Made by a program: the position numbers and the translations under genes
Origin: a virus
Length of the DNA stretch: 64,000 nucleotides
IMG/VR virus record: IMGVR_UViG_3300030331_006142
Span: 66,654 to 130,653 of that record
Strand: one strand, 5' to 3'
Notes under the pieces: generated by a model
Database searches by the model: none
Told to the model about the DNA's origin: nothing
What the model saw: the letters and a program-made list of their open reading frames with translations, nothing else
Shown here: one piece after another, positions 34,105 through 43,558 of the stretch
Position numbering within the stretch: the first letter of the stretch is position 1
Layout of the letters: each line of letters opens with the position of its first letter

Positions 34105-35963
34105 ACGAACTTCACTTCGCAGGAGCCACCGGCGCAGGCGACCTCACCTTTGAGGTCAGTGTTATCTTCTTCTTCCGTAACCTTGGTAAGGTCGATACTA
34201 GTAAGAGATGCCATAAGCGCTTCGTAAGTTTCTTTCGAACAATCCTCAAATGGTGCTTGTTTATAAGTGTGGTCCGAGAATGGTAGGACAGATAAGCCAT
34301 TGTAACTACTACGATTTTCCCACATCCATTCACCAACATCAACCCACTCTGCATCCTTGATGGAGATGGTGGCAGAAATATTATGAGTATTTTGACCTTT
34401 ACGAAAGCCCGGGCGGACCCACTCATCAGTTACATATTTTACTCGCTTTAACAATTGCAAAGCGGACTCAGACCTAAGAATTGAGCCCTCTGGGGCCTTT
34501 TGCGGGATAGAAATAACAGCAGTTGTATGTGGGCTGAAGTATTCGTCCTCAATAAGCTCTGGGTGATTTGCTGCCAGGTGTGCATATATTGGTTCATTTT
34601 TGCCAACGCGGATGCGGCGGATATAATAATCGTTATGCCAAGCATGGATACCAGAACTGGTACCCAAAGTTAAACTTGTTGTGCCGGCGGGCTTAACGCA
34701 GGTTGTTCTCGCCGCGGGTTTAATACCGATTAACTCTGCAACCCGGGCGTTCTCTTCTTTGACTCGGCTAGCCGCTTCTTTCATGTCTAGGGCAAGAATG
34801 GCGCCTGAGGCAATGCCTGTCATCGATACGCCGATAAGTGCGTCCCTTTCTGTTGTTCTTCGCCAAACGTCGCGAAGATAGTGAAAATCTGTGTAGCTGG
34901 CCTGTAGGGTGCCGATAAATGCTGCGGCCTTTACTCTTTCGTTCAAGTCTTCTTGGGACTCGACATTTGATACATTCACCTCTGTGAGGTTACAGAACTG
35001 AAATGGCCTAAGGCCAATCTCACAACAAGGGTTTGTTCCCCAGTCTTTATCATTAGAAAAGTAGAAGCCAGGCTCACCAGCACCAGATGCCTTCACTCTA
35101 TCCCACAAGTCCATAAAATATTCTCTATCAATCTTATGGCGAAGAAGGACGACAGAGTTGTTTGCCCTACCGCGTTGGGGGTTGGTTTCCCACCAATTGC
35201 CAGTCTTTGCAGCAATCATATCCTCGTCATCAGCCGAGAATAGTGAAATCAGAGCTGCACGGCGGATGCCGCCGGCTAAGACGGCATCTGCAATATGACA
35301 AATTATGTCATGTACCTCGATTGGGGCCAATTTATCCCCGTTGTCCTTCTGAGATAACATTCCCTCTAATTTCACTAAACACTCACGTAGTGGTTGCGGC
35401 CCGGGGGCCTTGCCCCCAGAAGTAATGAGTGCTGCGCCTTTTGGGCGGATATCTGAATAATCGAAGCGGAGGCGAGAGCCCCCATTGAAGTATGAGCGCA
35501 CCAAAGCCTTTACTGCGTCAGCCCACCCTTCAATTGAGTCATTTACAAGAAAGCGGCGTGTTCTCTTTGGGTTTGGTTTTGTAATCTCTGGCAGCTTTTC
35601 TACATGGTGCTTTTGCACGCTGTAGCCAACACCAGTGCCTCCAAGTAACAAGAACATTGCCTCTCCAAAGCAGCGCCAGTCGTCTGCTGGCATGAATGCA
35701 CAATTAAAAATTCGATTCGGTGCAACCTCGATGGGCTTGCCCCCAAACTGCATCGAACGCATTGATGGCAACACTTTCCTATCAAAAACCATCTTGTAGG
35801 CTTTTCTTATCTGAAGTTCAAGTTCTGGGAAATTTTTTAGATGCATATTCATGTTTCTGGTGACTAATTCGTTCCAGGTTTCTCTTCTCTTCTCACTCTC
35901 CAAGTATCTTGCATACTTCATATGCACTGTAATTTCAGATAATATCTTGTTCGATAGCTTCAT
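34101..35963 (-). CDS. nrdJ: class II (adenosylcobalamin) ribonucleotide reductase
   Basis: FNCAF, GGIRRAALI, TNPCCEI, CVKPAGT, C-terminal CAGGSC; no R2 subunit nearby. Confidence 0.88.
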   Translation of the reverse strand: MKLSNKILSEITVHMKYARYLESEKRRETWNELVTRNMNMHLKNFPELELQIRKAYKMVFDRKVLPSMRSMQFGGKPIEVAPNRIFNCAFMPADDWRCFGEAMFLLLGGTGVGYSVQKHHVEKLPEITKPNPKRTRRFLVNDSIEGWADAVKALVRSYFNGGSRLRFDYSDIRPKGAALITSGGKAPGPQPLRECLVKLEGMLSQKDNGDKLAPIEVHDIICHIADAVLAGGIRRAALISLFSADDEDMIAAKTGNWWETNPQRGRANNSVVLLRHKIDREYFMDLWDRVKASGAGEPGFYFSNDKDWGTNPCCEIGLRPFQFCNLTEVNVSNVESQEDLNERVKAAAFIGTLQASYTDFHYLRDVWRRTTERDALIGVSMTGIASGAILALDMKEAASRVKEENARVAELIGIKPAARTTCVKPAGTTSLTLGTSSGIHAWHNDYYIRRIRVGKNEPIYAHLAANHPELIEDEYFSPHTTAVISIPQKAPEGSILRSESALQLLKRVKYVTDEWVRPGFRKGQNTHNISATISIKDAEWVDVGEWMWENRSSYNGLSVLPFSDHTYKQAPFEDCSKETYEALMASLTSIDLTKVTEEEDNTDLKGEVACAGGSCEVKFV

Positions 35964-37343
35964 TTATCCTGCTCCTCCTTGTTCTCTTTTAAATGATTGG
36001 TACTTTTTCTTTAGATTCTCTAGCCTTTCTTTGGAAGACTTCTCCATTATATCGCTGACCGATTCGTTAGTCTGGTTTAAAACCTTCACTTTTACGCAAC
36101 TCGTATCCATAAATATGGGATAAACCAAGCCATCAGGTCCGTTTCTATTTTTTGCCACAAAAATGCGACCCTGGTTATTGTTTTTATCTTCAATAGTCCT
36201 TGAGACTGTAAAAATAAAATCTGCCACAAAACACTTATTAAAAGCCTCAGAAATTGACTCCATGGTGATGACTTCTGCGTTTAGCCCAGACCTGTTCGTT
36301 TGTGAGGCCGTCCACACAGGGCATTCAAACTCTTGAGCCATGCCTCTCAATTCTTCGTAAATAGTCTCCAGCTGGTGTCTTTTTTCATCTCTTTTTGTTG
36401 ATTCTGGGCGGATGAGGTCACCATAGTCAACGATTATCATATCAGGAGAAAAATCTCTCCTTCTTAATTTATCAATATGGTTCCTAATGGTCTGAATGGA
36501 AGCTGACCGTGTTGGGTACTCCTTTACAATCAGCTTTCCTGACAGGTCTTTTATTTCATCATATATCTTCTCTTTGAAGACGCTGAGATTTTTCAGCTCT
36601 ACGCCTGTGATGGCTGAGTCGTACCTTCCTGCTACTATGGTGTCTCCAAGCTCCAGAGTATAGTGAAGGACGTTCTTACCTGCCTTAATTGCTTGAGCGC
36701 CTAAATGAACAAGAACCATCGACTTTCCGGCGCCAGTAGGCGCCACCACAACTCCTAATTCACCTTTACCCAGGCCGCCCTTCGCGATGTCGTCTATTTG
36801 CTTCCATCCGGTTGTTATTGGGTTTCTAGCCTTTATTTCAAAACGCTTCTCAAAGTCAGCCAGATATTCATAACCCAAAGTGTTATCTGAGCCTAATTTT
36901 AGTGCTCCGTCGATAATCTTGGACACCTCGTCAAAAGAAGAGGACTTAATCAAATCAACTGACTTAATCAGAGCTTCTTTCAATTTTTGCTTTTTGCAGA
37001 AATCAAGTGCAGTATCTTTGATATAATCAGCACTATTCGGTATCTTCCCATTTGCGAGTACTCTCGCGTAATATTCTCGTATTCTAACTTTGACCGACTC
37101 TGCTTCGCCATCCAAACCTGTTCGTATGATGGAATGCATAATATTAGATGTGGGGTGGACTCCATACTTTTTCCTATAATCCTTGATTTTTTTAACAAAC
37201 ACTCTAAGATGTTTGAGTTCCAAAAAGCCCAGGTCTAGCACTTCAAACATCTGGTCTGCAAACGCTCTATCGTTTAGTACAAGATGGCACAAATCTTCTT
37301 GAAATGATTTTCCAAATTTTGAAAAACTAACTGTGACTTCCAT
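35964..37343 (-). CDS. replicative helicase (DnaB/T4 gp41-like)
   Basis: APTGAGKS, IIVDYGDLI, WTASQTNR, KNRNG motifs. Confidence 0.9.
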   Translation of the reverse strand: MEVTVSFSKFGKSFQEDLCHLVLNDRAFADQMFEVLDLGFLELKHLRVFVKKIKDYRKKYGVHPTSNIMHSIIRTGLDGEAESVKVRIREYYARVLANGKIPNSADYIKDTALDFCKKQKLKEALIKSVDLIKSSSFDEVSKIIDGALKLGSDNTLGYEYLADFEKRFEIKARNPITTGWKQIDDIAKGGLGKGELGVVVAPTGAGKSMVLVHLGAQAIKAGKNVLHYTLELGDTIVAGRYDSAITGVELKNLSVFKEKIYDEIKDLSGKLIVKEYPTRSASIQTIRNHIDKLRRRDFSPDMIIVDYGDLIRPESTKRDEKRHQLETIYEELRGMAQEFECPVWTASQTNRSGLNAEVITMESISEAFNKCFVADFIFTVSRTIEDKNNNQGRIFVAKNRNGPDGLVYPIFMDTSCVKVKVLNQTNESVSDIMEKSSKERLENLKKKYQSFKREQGGAG

Positions 37344-37393
37344 TTTCTCTCTTCTTGTTGTGTGTATTAGGTACTTAGGTTTTGTTTTTTTGT

Positions 37394-38356
37394 TTATTCC
37401 GAAAAGGAAGTAATAATATCATTAAATTTTTGTTCCAAGTCTTGCATATTGACGGTTAAGACTCCGTCTTTTATCATCAATTTCCGCATTTCGGTTTGGT
37501 TGTAGTGTGGCGCATATTCTTCAAAGGTTTCGTCGATTCTGCTTTTACACTGGACTGACATCTGCGGAGAGGAAAGCTGCATGATGTTATAGTTCTCTTC
37601 TATGATTCTTTCAGAGTCCAAAACACTGCTGTATACCTTTTGCTTGTTTTCCTCTTTCTTACACTCGTGTAGGATATCATCAATAAAGCAATCATTATCC
37701 TCCTTGAGGAAAGAAAACCGCTTGGCGACTGTACCAAGACCAACACGAGGCACACCAGCAAGGTTGTCGCTTGGGTCTCCAGCCATGGCGCGCGCCAAAG
37801 CGAAGTTTCTAGGGTGGATACCAAACTTCTCGATTACAGTATTAGTGTTCAATACCTCTTTCTGAATTGGTCTGAATAGCAGGGTTTTGTTATCTAGCAG
37901 TTGAATAAAATCCTTGTCAGCAGATACAATAACCTTTTGCCAGTCCTCAAACATCGAAGAAGACTTGATATATGAGATTACATCGTCTGCTTCTACTTCT
38001 GGTTCCATGAATTGGACCATTGGTGTTTGGTTCAGGTATTCAATGACCCGTAGCTGCTGCCAGAGCTTGTTGTTGTCTGTATCTTGGGCTGTCATCTCAT
38101 CAGAGTTCCAATTGACCCTAAGGGGTTTTCTACCCGCCTTGTAATTTTTGTTCATGGCTCTGCGTTTCTTAGAGCCGCCCTTACCATCCCATACCACAAC
38201 AATCATATCAGGGTCGATTTCCCTGGTAATTTTATTCATGATATTTATAAATGTCCTCATGCCGCCAATAGGCTGACCATTAGGGTTCTTGCTTGGGTCT
38301 ACAATATAGCCTCTGATAAACTGATTGAATGCGTCGACAATCATTACTCTCTTCAT
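37394..38356 (-). CDS. 5'-3' exonuclease / flap nuclease (T4 RNase H, PolA N-terminal type)
   Basis: MIVDAFN, YKAGR, EADDVI, SADKDFIQL, GDPSDNLAGVPRVG motifs. Confidence 0.9.
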   Translation of the reverse strand: MKRVMIVDAFNQFIRGYIVDPSKNPNGQPIGGMRTFINIMNKITREIDPDMIVVVWDGKGGSKKRRAMNKNYKAGRKPLRVNWNSDEMTAQDTDNNKLWQQLRVIEYLNQTPMVQFMEPEVEADDVISYIKSSSMFEDWQKVIVSADKDFIQLLDNKTLLFRPIQKEVLNTNTVIEKFGIHPRNFALARAMAGDPSDNLAGVPRVGLGTVAKRFSFLKEDNDCFIDDILHECKKEENKQKVYSSVLDSERIIEENYNIMQLSSPQMSVQCKSRIDETFEEYAPHYNQTEMRKLMIKDGVLTVNMQDLEQKFNDIITSFSE

Positions 38357-38366
38357 TTTCTTCTCC

Positions 38367-38393
38367 AAAAAAAAGCCCGGCTTAGAGCCGGGC
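38367..38393 (-). terminator. intrinsic terminator after recA
   Basis: GCCCGGCT-CTA-AGCCGGGC followed by T8. Confidence 0.75.
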
Positions 38394-38405
38394 AGGGTGT
38401 GGGTG

Positions 38406-39542
38406 CTAATCGACTTCTACCGGGGGGTCTTCCGTATCATAGAAGTCATCAGCTTTGCCTTCTCTATTCTTGAATTTCATAATAACATCTTCGTCCATAA
38501 TTGTCAAGACACTTGTTCTAAAGTCTTCCTTCTGAAGTTTTTCAGTCCACATCTTGCGTTGGAACTTCTCTTCCGAGCCGTCATTTTTCACAAGCGTAAA
38601 CCAGGCCCCGGATTGCTTAAGTCTCTCGGATACCTGAATGGCGTCGAACCAACTTTCCTCATCTTGGACACCGATATCCTCGTCACCCCAAAGAATCTTG
38701 AAGTTACAGGTTCTGCCGGCAGTGCCGAAGCGAGACTTTTCAAGCTTCACCTTAACTTCAGAGCCAACGCGGTAGCCGTTATCATCCGTAATAAAGGATG
38801 CTTTTGCTTTTCTAGCCGTGAGCCAAACTCGAAGAGAATAAGCATAGGACATAGCTTTGCCTCCCGGTGTGAAATAGGGGGTTGTCATTGCTTCTGCTGG
38901 GGTCCTCGCCGCCATGTTAGTCTTTAATTGATTAAGAACCAGCAACGTCGCATTTGCATCAGCAATAGGAATGGTCAGCTTAGCCATCCCTTTTGACAGA
39001 ATCCTTGGCTTTACAGCCATTGATGACTGGGGGTTGAAATCACCCTCCACATCGGAAATTGAAGGTGTCAAGGCTAACGAATCCCAAATGAATAGCCATT
39101 TATTGCCCGTCCCCAATAATTCTTCAATCGTCTCCAGAACAAATTCTACGGATTCCGCCTGAACATACATAAGTCTTTCCAAGTCGCAGCCGGCGCGCTC
39201 GAGAAAACTTGGGTCAAGGGCCGACTCAGAATCAAAGTAAACCACATCAATGCCCATTTTTTGGGCATTTCCAGCCACCTGTGCTGCCATAAACGACTTG
39301 CCTGTCGCTTCTAGGCCTGCAATCTCTGAAATTTTACCAACTGGAATACCTGCGAGTTTACCCTTGCAAATGATTGAGTCAAGCCACCTTGAGCCCGTGG
39401 GAATCCACTCGTTCACCTCTGTTGGGTTATTGTTTTGTAACGAATGGGCAACCTCTCGGCCTGCTTTTTTATTGATAATACTTCTAACTGAAGCGATGTC
39501 GAGAGAGCCTTTTTTTAGTTTTGCAATTTTTGACTTAGCCAA
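38406..39542 (-). CDS. recA: RecA/UvsX recombinase
   Basis: IPTGS, GLEATGKS, FDSESALD, IWDSL, LNQL, TPGGKA motifs. Confidence 0.92.
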   Translation of the reverse strand: MAKSKIAKLKKGSLDIASVRSIINKKAGREVAHSLQNNNPTEVNEWIPTGSRWLDSIICKGKLAGIPVGKISEIAGLEATGKSFMAAQVAGNAQKMGIDVVYFDSESALDPSFLERAGCDLERLMYVQAESVEFVLETIEELLGTGNKWLFIWDSLALTPSISDVEGDFNPQSSMAVKPRILSKGMAKLTIPIADANATLLVLNQLKTNMAARTPAEAMTTPYFTPGGKAMSYAYSLRVWLTARKAKASFITDDNGYRVGSEVKVKLEKSRFGTAGRTCNFKILWGDEDIGVQDEESWFDAIQVSERLKQSGAWFTLVKNDGSEEKFQRKMWTEKLQKEDFRTSVLTIMDEDVIMKFKNREGKADDFYDTEDPPVEVD

Positions 39543-39555
39543 AATATTTTCTCCC

Positions 39556-40308
39556 CTAAGTGTTTAATAGGTCGTTAAAAGCAGCCTCGACTGCTGAGGT
39601 TTCAGAATTTTCTGTTCCGTACTTTTCAACCTCTGAGTTTCCCTCTCCTGAGCAGAGAAATTGGTCTAAAATGCTTTGCACCTCTTCGGTTGTTTTTCTT
39701 TCAAAAATTTCATCAAAGTTTGGGATAGTCTCTAACAGTTCTGCGCATCGCTCGTCTCCGCCGACTACATCGTCGCAAAGAACTGTTTTTCTCGGTCGGG
39801 GTCGAATGTCTGTTCGTGGAAAGCTTGCGCCGGGCAACTTACCATACATTAGCTTCAAATCGTTTCCAGTTTCCGGGTCGGTGATGTCCCCATAATCTGG
39901 GTCCAGAACGATAGTGAGTAACTTCTCATATGCCATCTTGCCATATCCCCAAACCTTAATGCCCTCAGACTCCTCACCTCGCACTAAGACAGGCGAGAAG
40001 AAGCGCTGCTTTGCAAACAAGTCTTTCGCCTGCTTTTTGCTATCTTCGGTACCCTCGTTCCAAAGTTTGTTTGCGAAATCACAAACAGGACAGTTATCAC
40101 CAAAGTTTCTCTTTGGGCACAAAAAGCTTCGTGCATCCCCCACGTTATAGTGGAAGTACCTCTCCTTAAAGGGGTCTCCATCCGGGGTAGAAACAATTCG
40201 AATATTGCTTTCGCCGTCCTCTGGGCGCCAAAAATTATTTCTCTTTCCGTCACCCTTTCCATTAAGCTTATCAAGCTTTGCCTTCATTGCGTCTAAATTA
40301 AGTGCCAT
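39556..40308 (-). CDS. single-stranded DNA-binding protein (T4 gp32-like)
   Basis: FWRP, H..C...CPVC, DITDPETGNDLKL, acidic tail ending FNDLL. Confidence 0.8.
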   Translation of the reverse strand: MALNLDAMKAKLDKLNGKGDGKRNNFWRPEDGESNIRIVSTPDGDPFKERYFHYNVGDARSFLCPKRNFGDNCPVCDFANKLWNEGTEDSKKQAKDLFAKQRFFSPVLVRGEESEGIKVWGYGKMAYEKLLTIVLDPDYGDITDPETGNDLKLMYGKLPGASFPRTDIRPRPRKTVLCDDVVGGDERCAELLETIPNFDEIFERKTTEEVQSILDQFLCSGEGNSEVEKYGTENSETSAVEAAFNDLLNT

Positions 40309-40388
40309 ATTTATATCCTCCTATGGTCGTGTTGTTTTTTTGCACCTTGGCTATAGCAGGTCGGCAAATATCCCGACCAACTTTAATA

Positions 40389-40417
40389 ATCATACTATAA
40401 AATTAGTTTTCTGTCAA
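40389..40417 (-). promoter_or_regulatory. sigma70-type promoter
   Basis: TTGACA-17nt-TATGAT. Confidence 0.65.
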
Positions 40418-41257
40418 TAGATAATTTTGAATTTTTGGCGAATGATATTCTACATAGACATAGTCTGACTCGTACTTTGTCGGGTAAATACCGAAATACA
40501 CTTTCATGTTGTCTGAAATTTTACTTTTAATGTTTTCAGTCAATTCTCTTAATAAATTCCCTTCAGACTTTAGTTTTTGCTCATTTATACCAAAATAGTA
40601 TATCACCTCCGTTCCCTGCTTGAAAGGAAAAAACACTTTGTCTTCACACTGCAGGTTGCTAATCCCGATAGTCTTTATCCTTGATGATTCTTTTATCTTA
40701 GAAAAAGTTGAAAAAATTGGTTTTGTGTTTTTGAAGACCTCAATCATGTGATAAGAATCGCAAAAAATATCATTAATTTGTTCAAAGTATTCGAATACGT
40801 TTATGGACTCAACCAAGCTTTCCACAGCCCGATTTGAAACTAGCGTGATTTCTTCGAACAGCCCAGAGCGCGCATATTCTTGAAGCACGTTTTTAACTGT
40901 TCTCTCTTGCAATTTTTGCTGCTCTGAGCATAACTCTGTGTCTGGTTCAAAATAGACTACTTTAATATTTATTGATTTTTTATAAAAATACTCTAATAAT
41001 CTAAGAGCCATGGCACTGGTTTTTGATGCTCCGCAAACAAAGAGTGTCACTTCCTTTTTGATGTGTTTCAAGAAATTAATTTTAGATATATTCTCAAAAG
41101 ACTCATACTCTTCAGGGTCTGTGTATTCTGGGATAATGTAAGAATTTTTTGACTTGCTTCCTGAATTTTTTACACTATATAAAGCATAGTTGCCGTATTT
41201 TTCCAGCGAAGAAGCAATTGCATCTGCAGCATTTCCAAGTGTCAAGATATTTTTCAA
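40403..41257 (-). CDS. divergent tubulin/FtsZ (PhuZ)-like protein, tentative
   Basis: ILTLGNAADAIA, LFVCGASKTS, VVYFEP, ITLVSN, EQIN occur in tubulin-fold order, but the GGGTG(S/T)G signature is absent. Confidence 0.45.
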   Translation of the reverse strand: MKNILTLGNAADAIASSLEKYGNYALYSVKNSGSKSKNSYIIPEYTDPEEYESFENISKINFLKHIKKEVTLFVCGASKTSAMALRLLEYFYKKSINIKVVYFEPDTELCSEQQKLQERTVKNVLQEYARSGLFEEITLVSNRAVESLVESINVFEYFEQINDIFCDSYHMIEVFKNTKPIFSTFSKIKESSRIKTIGISNLQCEDKVFFPFKQGTEVIYYFGINEQKLKSEGNLLRELTENIKSKISDNMKVYFGIYPTKYESDYVYVEYHSPKIQNYLLTEN

Positions 41258-42402
41258 ATTTTCACCCTTCTCATTTCTCCGTAATTCTTACCGATACTGA
41301 CTGTTGAAAGAAACTCTCCAAACATATTTTTCTCAAACTCCTTCTTCAAAGGAGCAACCAAGTGATGTTCACTTTGTGCAAAATCCAGCACCACAGAGTC
41401 ATGCATAGTAAAGGCAACAAAGCTCTTCTTTCCTCTCAATAGGTTCATTATATTATAACAGCTATTTAAGACTATATCACTAGTTGTAGATTGTGTCAAG
41501 TAGTTTAGAGCCCTTCTTTCGTCAGTCTCTAGCTTTCTTCCAAAGGGAGTCTTTATCCGTCCGTTTTCATAATGCTTTTCATAAGCGCGCTTGTCATAGA
41601 ACTTTTCTAGGTTTTTATCCTTTGCTTCTGGGTTATAAAGCCACGCAAAAAATTTTGCTTTTACTTCTTTTCTTGATTTTGAGCTTTGCTTTATGATTTC
41701 TCTGTTAAATTCATGAATATCATAATTCGGTTGTGGTTGACCTGAGAGAGAAAGCAGAGTTCTTACCTCTGCCCCATTTAGGTCTATTTCCAAAAAAACA
41801 TCGTTTTTAGGAAGAAGATTTTTCCTTTCTTCTTTTGAAATATTTAAAATAGGAAAGGAACCCCTTTTAGTCGCAAGGCGACCAGTGGAAGAAGAGAAAA
41901 TATCATACTTTATCTTTCTTTCAGAATCAGAAAAAGTTATTTTTTGCCTTGCTATCTCTTGGGTTATTACGTGTATTTTGTGCAAAATATCATAATGACT
42001 AGGGGCTGATAGTCTCTTGGCAGATTCTCTAATTATATCTTCTCTACAAGAAAACCACTTACTCATCATGTGGTCAGGCAACAAGTCAAAAAAGCAACCT
42101 TTGCGAATGTCTACTTTTGCCGTGACTGCGGCTAGTTTTTGGGCTTTTATCATCTGCTCGTAAGACCTAATCTGATTAAGTTGGTCTGCTGACGCGGACG
42201 ATAGGGTTTCAAATCTCCCATTATCGGAATAGAGAGATAAAAAAACTATATTCTTTTCATATTCTGCAAAAACTGGTGAGTACGTCCAAGAATAGCTGGT
42301 CTCTTGCAGACTTTGGTCGATGGTGTCTCTATCAAAAATAAAGCGATTTTTAAAAAAGGCGCCATGGCAATTATTTTCAAAATCTAGTGTCTGTATAATC
42401 AT
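41254..42402 (-). CDS. family A DNA polymerase domain-only protein
   Basis: STGRL, motif A EIDLNGAEVR, motif B RKEVKAKFFAWLY, TPFGR, ALNYLTQ, motif C MHDSVVL. Confidence 0.8.
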   Translation of the reverse strand: MIIQTLDFENNCHGAFFKNRFIFDRDTIDQSLQETSYSWTYSPVFAEYEKNIVFLSLYSDNGRFETLSSASADQLNQIRSYEQMIKAQKLAAVTAKVDIRKGCFFDLLPDHMMSKWFSCREDIIRESAKRLSAPSHYDILHKIHVITQEIARQKITFSDSERKIKYDIFSSSTGRLATKRGSFPILNISKEERKNLLPKNDVFLEIDLNGAEVRTLLSLSGQPQPNYDIHEFNREIIKQSSKSRKEVKAKFFAWLYNPEAKDKNLEKFYDKRAYEKHYENGRIKTPFGRKLETDERRALNYLTQSTTSDIVLNSCYNIMNLLRGKKSFVAFTMHDSVVLDFAQSEHHLVAPLKKEFEKNMFGEFLSTVSIGKNYGEMRRVKI

Positions 42403-42408
42403 TCTCTT

Positions 42409-42437
42409 AGTTTACAACAAAATAAGCTGAAAGTCAA
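42409..42437 (-). promoter_or_regulatory. sigma70-type promoter at head of replication block
   Basis: TTGACT-17nt-TAAACT. Confidence 0.6.
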
Positions 42438-43558
42438 GAAATAATCATCTTAAAAATTTCAACACATATTTGTCCAATTTTGCCATACGCCTGCTCTACT
42501 CCGTAGAGCTCGTGAGCTAGCTCAACTTGCTTGAAAGTTATATCTAAGTTTATCTGGTCAAGTACTCCAAACTCTAAAAGCCTAATCTTTAACAGCATTT
42601 TAAGCATCCGCAGCTCTGACACTGGGTCAGAAAAAAAACTCATTCTCCAGTTGTTGCTCGCAGAAAGAGGGTCTGAAAGGAACAATTGGTTATAAGTGCG
42701 CATCAAAAAATCCTGAATGTCATAAAGGTCGTCGTTTTGCGAGTTATCTCTGTAAATTGAATCCAATACTTCATGAGAGTTAAAAGAACTGTGGTTTTCA
42801 CTAATCTCATAGTCTACTGTTTCGTGCCTTATTAGGGTCTTGACTATCTCACTTTCTAAGTCCGCATACAGTCTCCAGGGAATATTTTTATCAACCATAA
42901 ACCCGGCGGCATGGGCATATTCACAGTAGCATCTAAAGTCTTCACTCTGCACCATTCTTCCTTTGATTTCATCGTCATCAAAATCCTCTCCGGCTAAATC
43001 AAGCACTAGTCCGGTTGTATAAACTGTGTTTTTGTCCGATAAGAGAAACCCTGACCTTGACACAGGTATATCCTCAAGGGTCCGCTCCATTAAAAACTCT
43101 ACAGAGTTTAAAAAATCTAAAAAATTAGGATTAACCATGCCGGACTGCTCTAGCTCATTTGCATAGTGAATAATCATGTTTTTCTGGTGGGCCTCGTAAG
43201 CTTCTTCAAAATCCTGATAGGAATGCACAGGGTTGATTCCCAGGAGACCTTCGGGAAAGTTTCTGGTTGAGGCCGATATGCGCTCCAGATAATCTTCTCT
43301 AAAGAGAGAGAAAGCTCTTTCAACAAAATTTATAGCTCGCAATGACGAAGGGTTGTCAGGTATATCATTCAAAATAGAATCTTCAGACAAAAAATATACC
43401 GGTTCGAACCGGTGATTTAAAAATCCATAGTAATGGCTCTCATAAAGTGTATCAATTTGGCCCGGAATGCTGATGAGCCTTTTATACTTTTCTCTCTCTG
43501 AGAACTCTGTTCTCAAGTTAGACGTCTGGCCCCCTCTGAATACTATTCTTACTGTCAT
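42434..43558 (-). CDS. hypothetical protein
   Basis: 374-aa ORF at the end of the tail operon; GFMVDKNIPWRLYADL. Confidence 0.65.
   Translation of the reverse strand: MTVRIVFRGGQTSNLRTEFSEREKYKRLISIPGQIDTLYESHYYGFLNHRFEPVYFLSEDSILNDIPDNPSSLRAINFVERAFSLFREDYLERISASTRNFPEGLLGINPVHSYQDFEEAYEAHQKNMIIHYANELEQSGMVNPNFLDFLNSVEFLMERTLEDIPVSRSGFLLSDKNTVYTTGLVLDLAGEDFDDDEIKGRMVQSEDFRCYCEYAHAAGFMVDKNIPWRLYADLESEIVKTLIRHETVDYEISENHSSFNSHEVLDSIYRDNSQNDDLYDIQDFLMRTYNQLFLSDPLSASNNWRMSFFSDPVSELRMLKMLLKIRLLEFGVLDQINLDITFKQVELAHELYGVEQAYGKIGQICVEIFKMIIS

Noticed and set aside
38325-38927. 200-aa minus-strand-overlapping ORF listed on the + strand across recA
   Set aside because: Antisense to a conserved recA and crosses its terminator; no protein features.
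25103-39542. Inteins or introns in dnaE, RNR, helicase or recA
   Set aside because: Lengths are normal, motifs are contiguous, and no intein splice-junction or homing-endonuclease signatures were seen.
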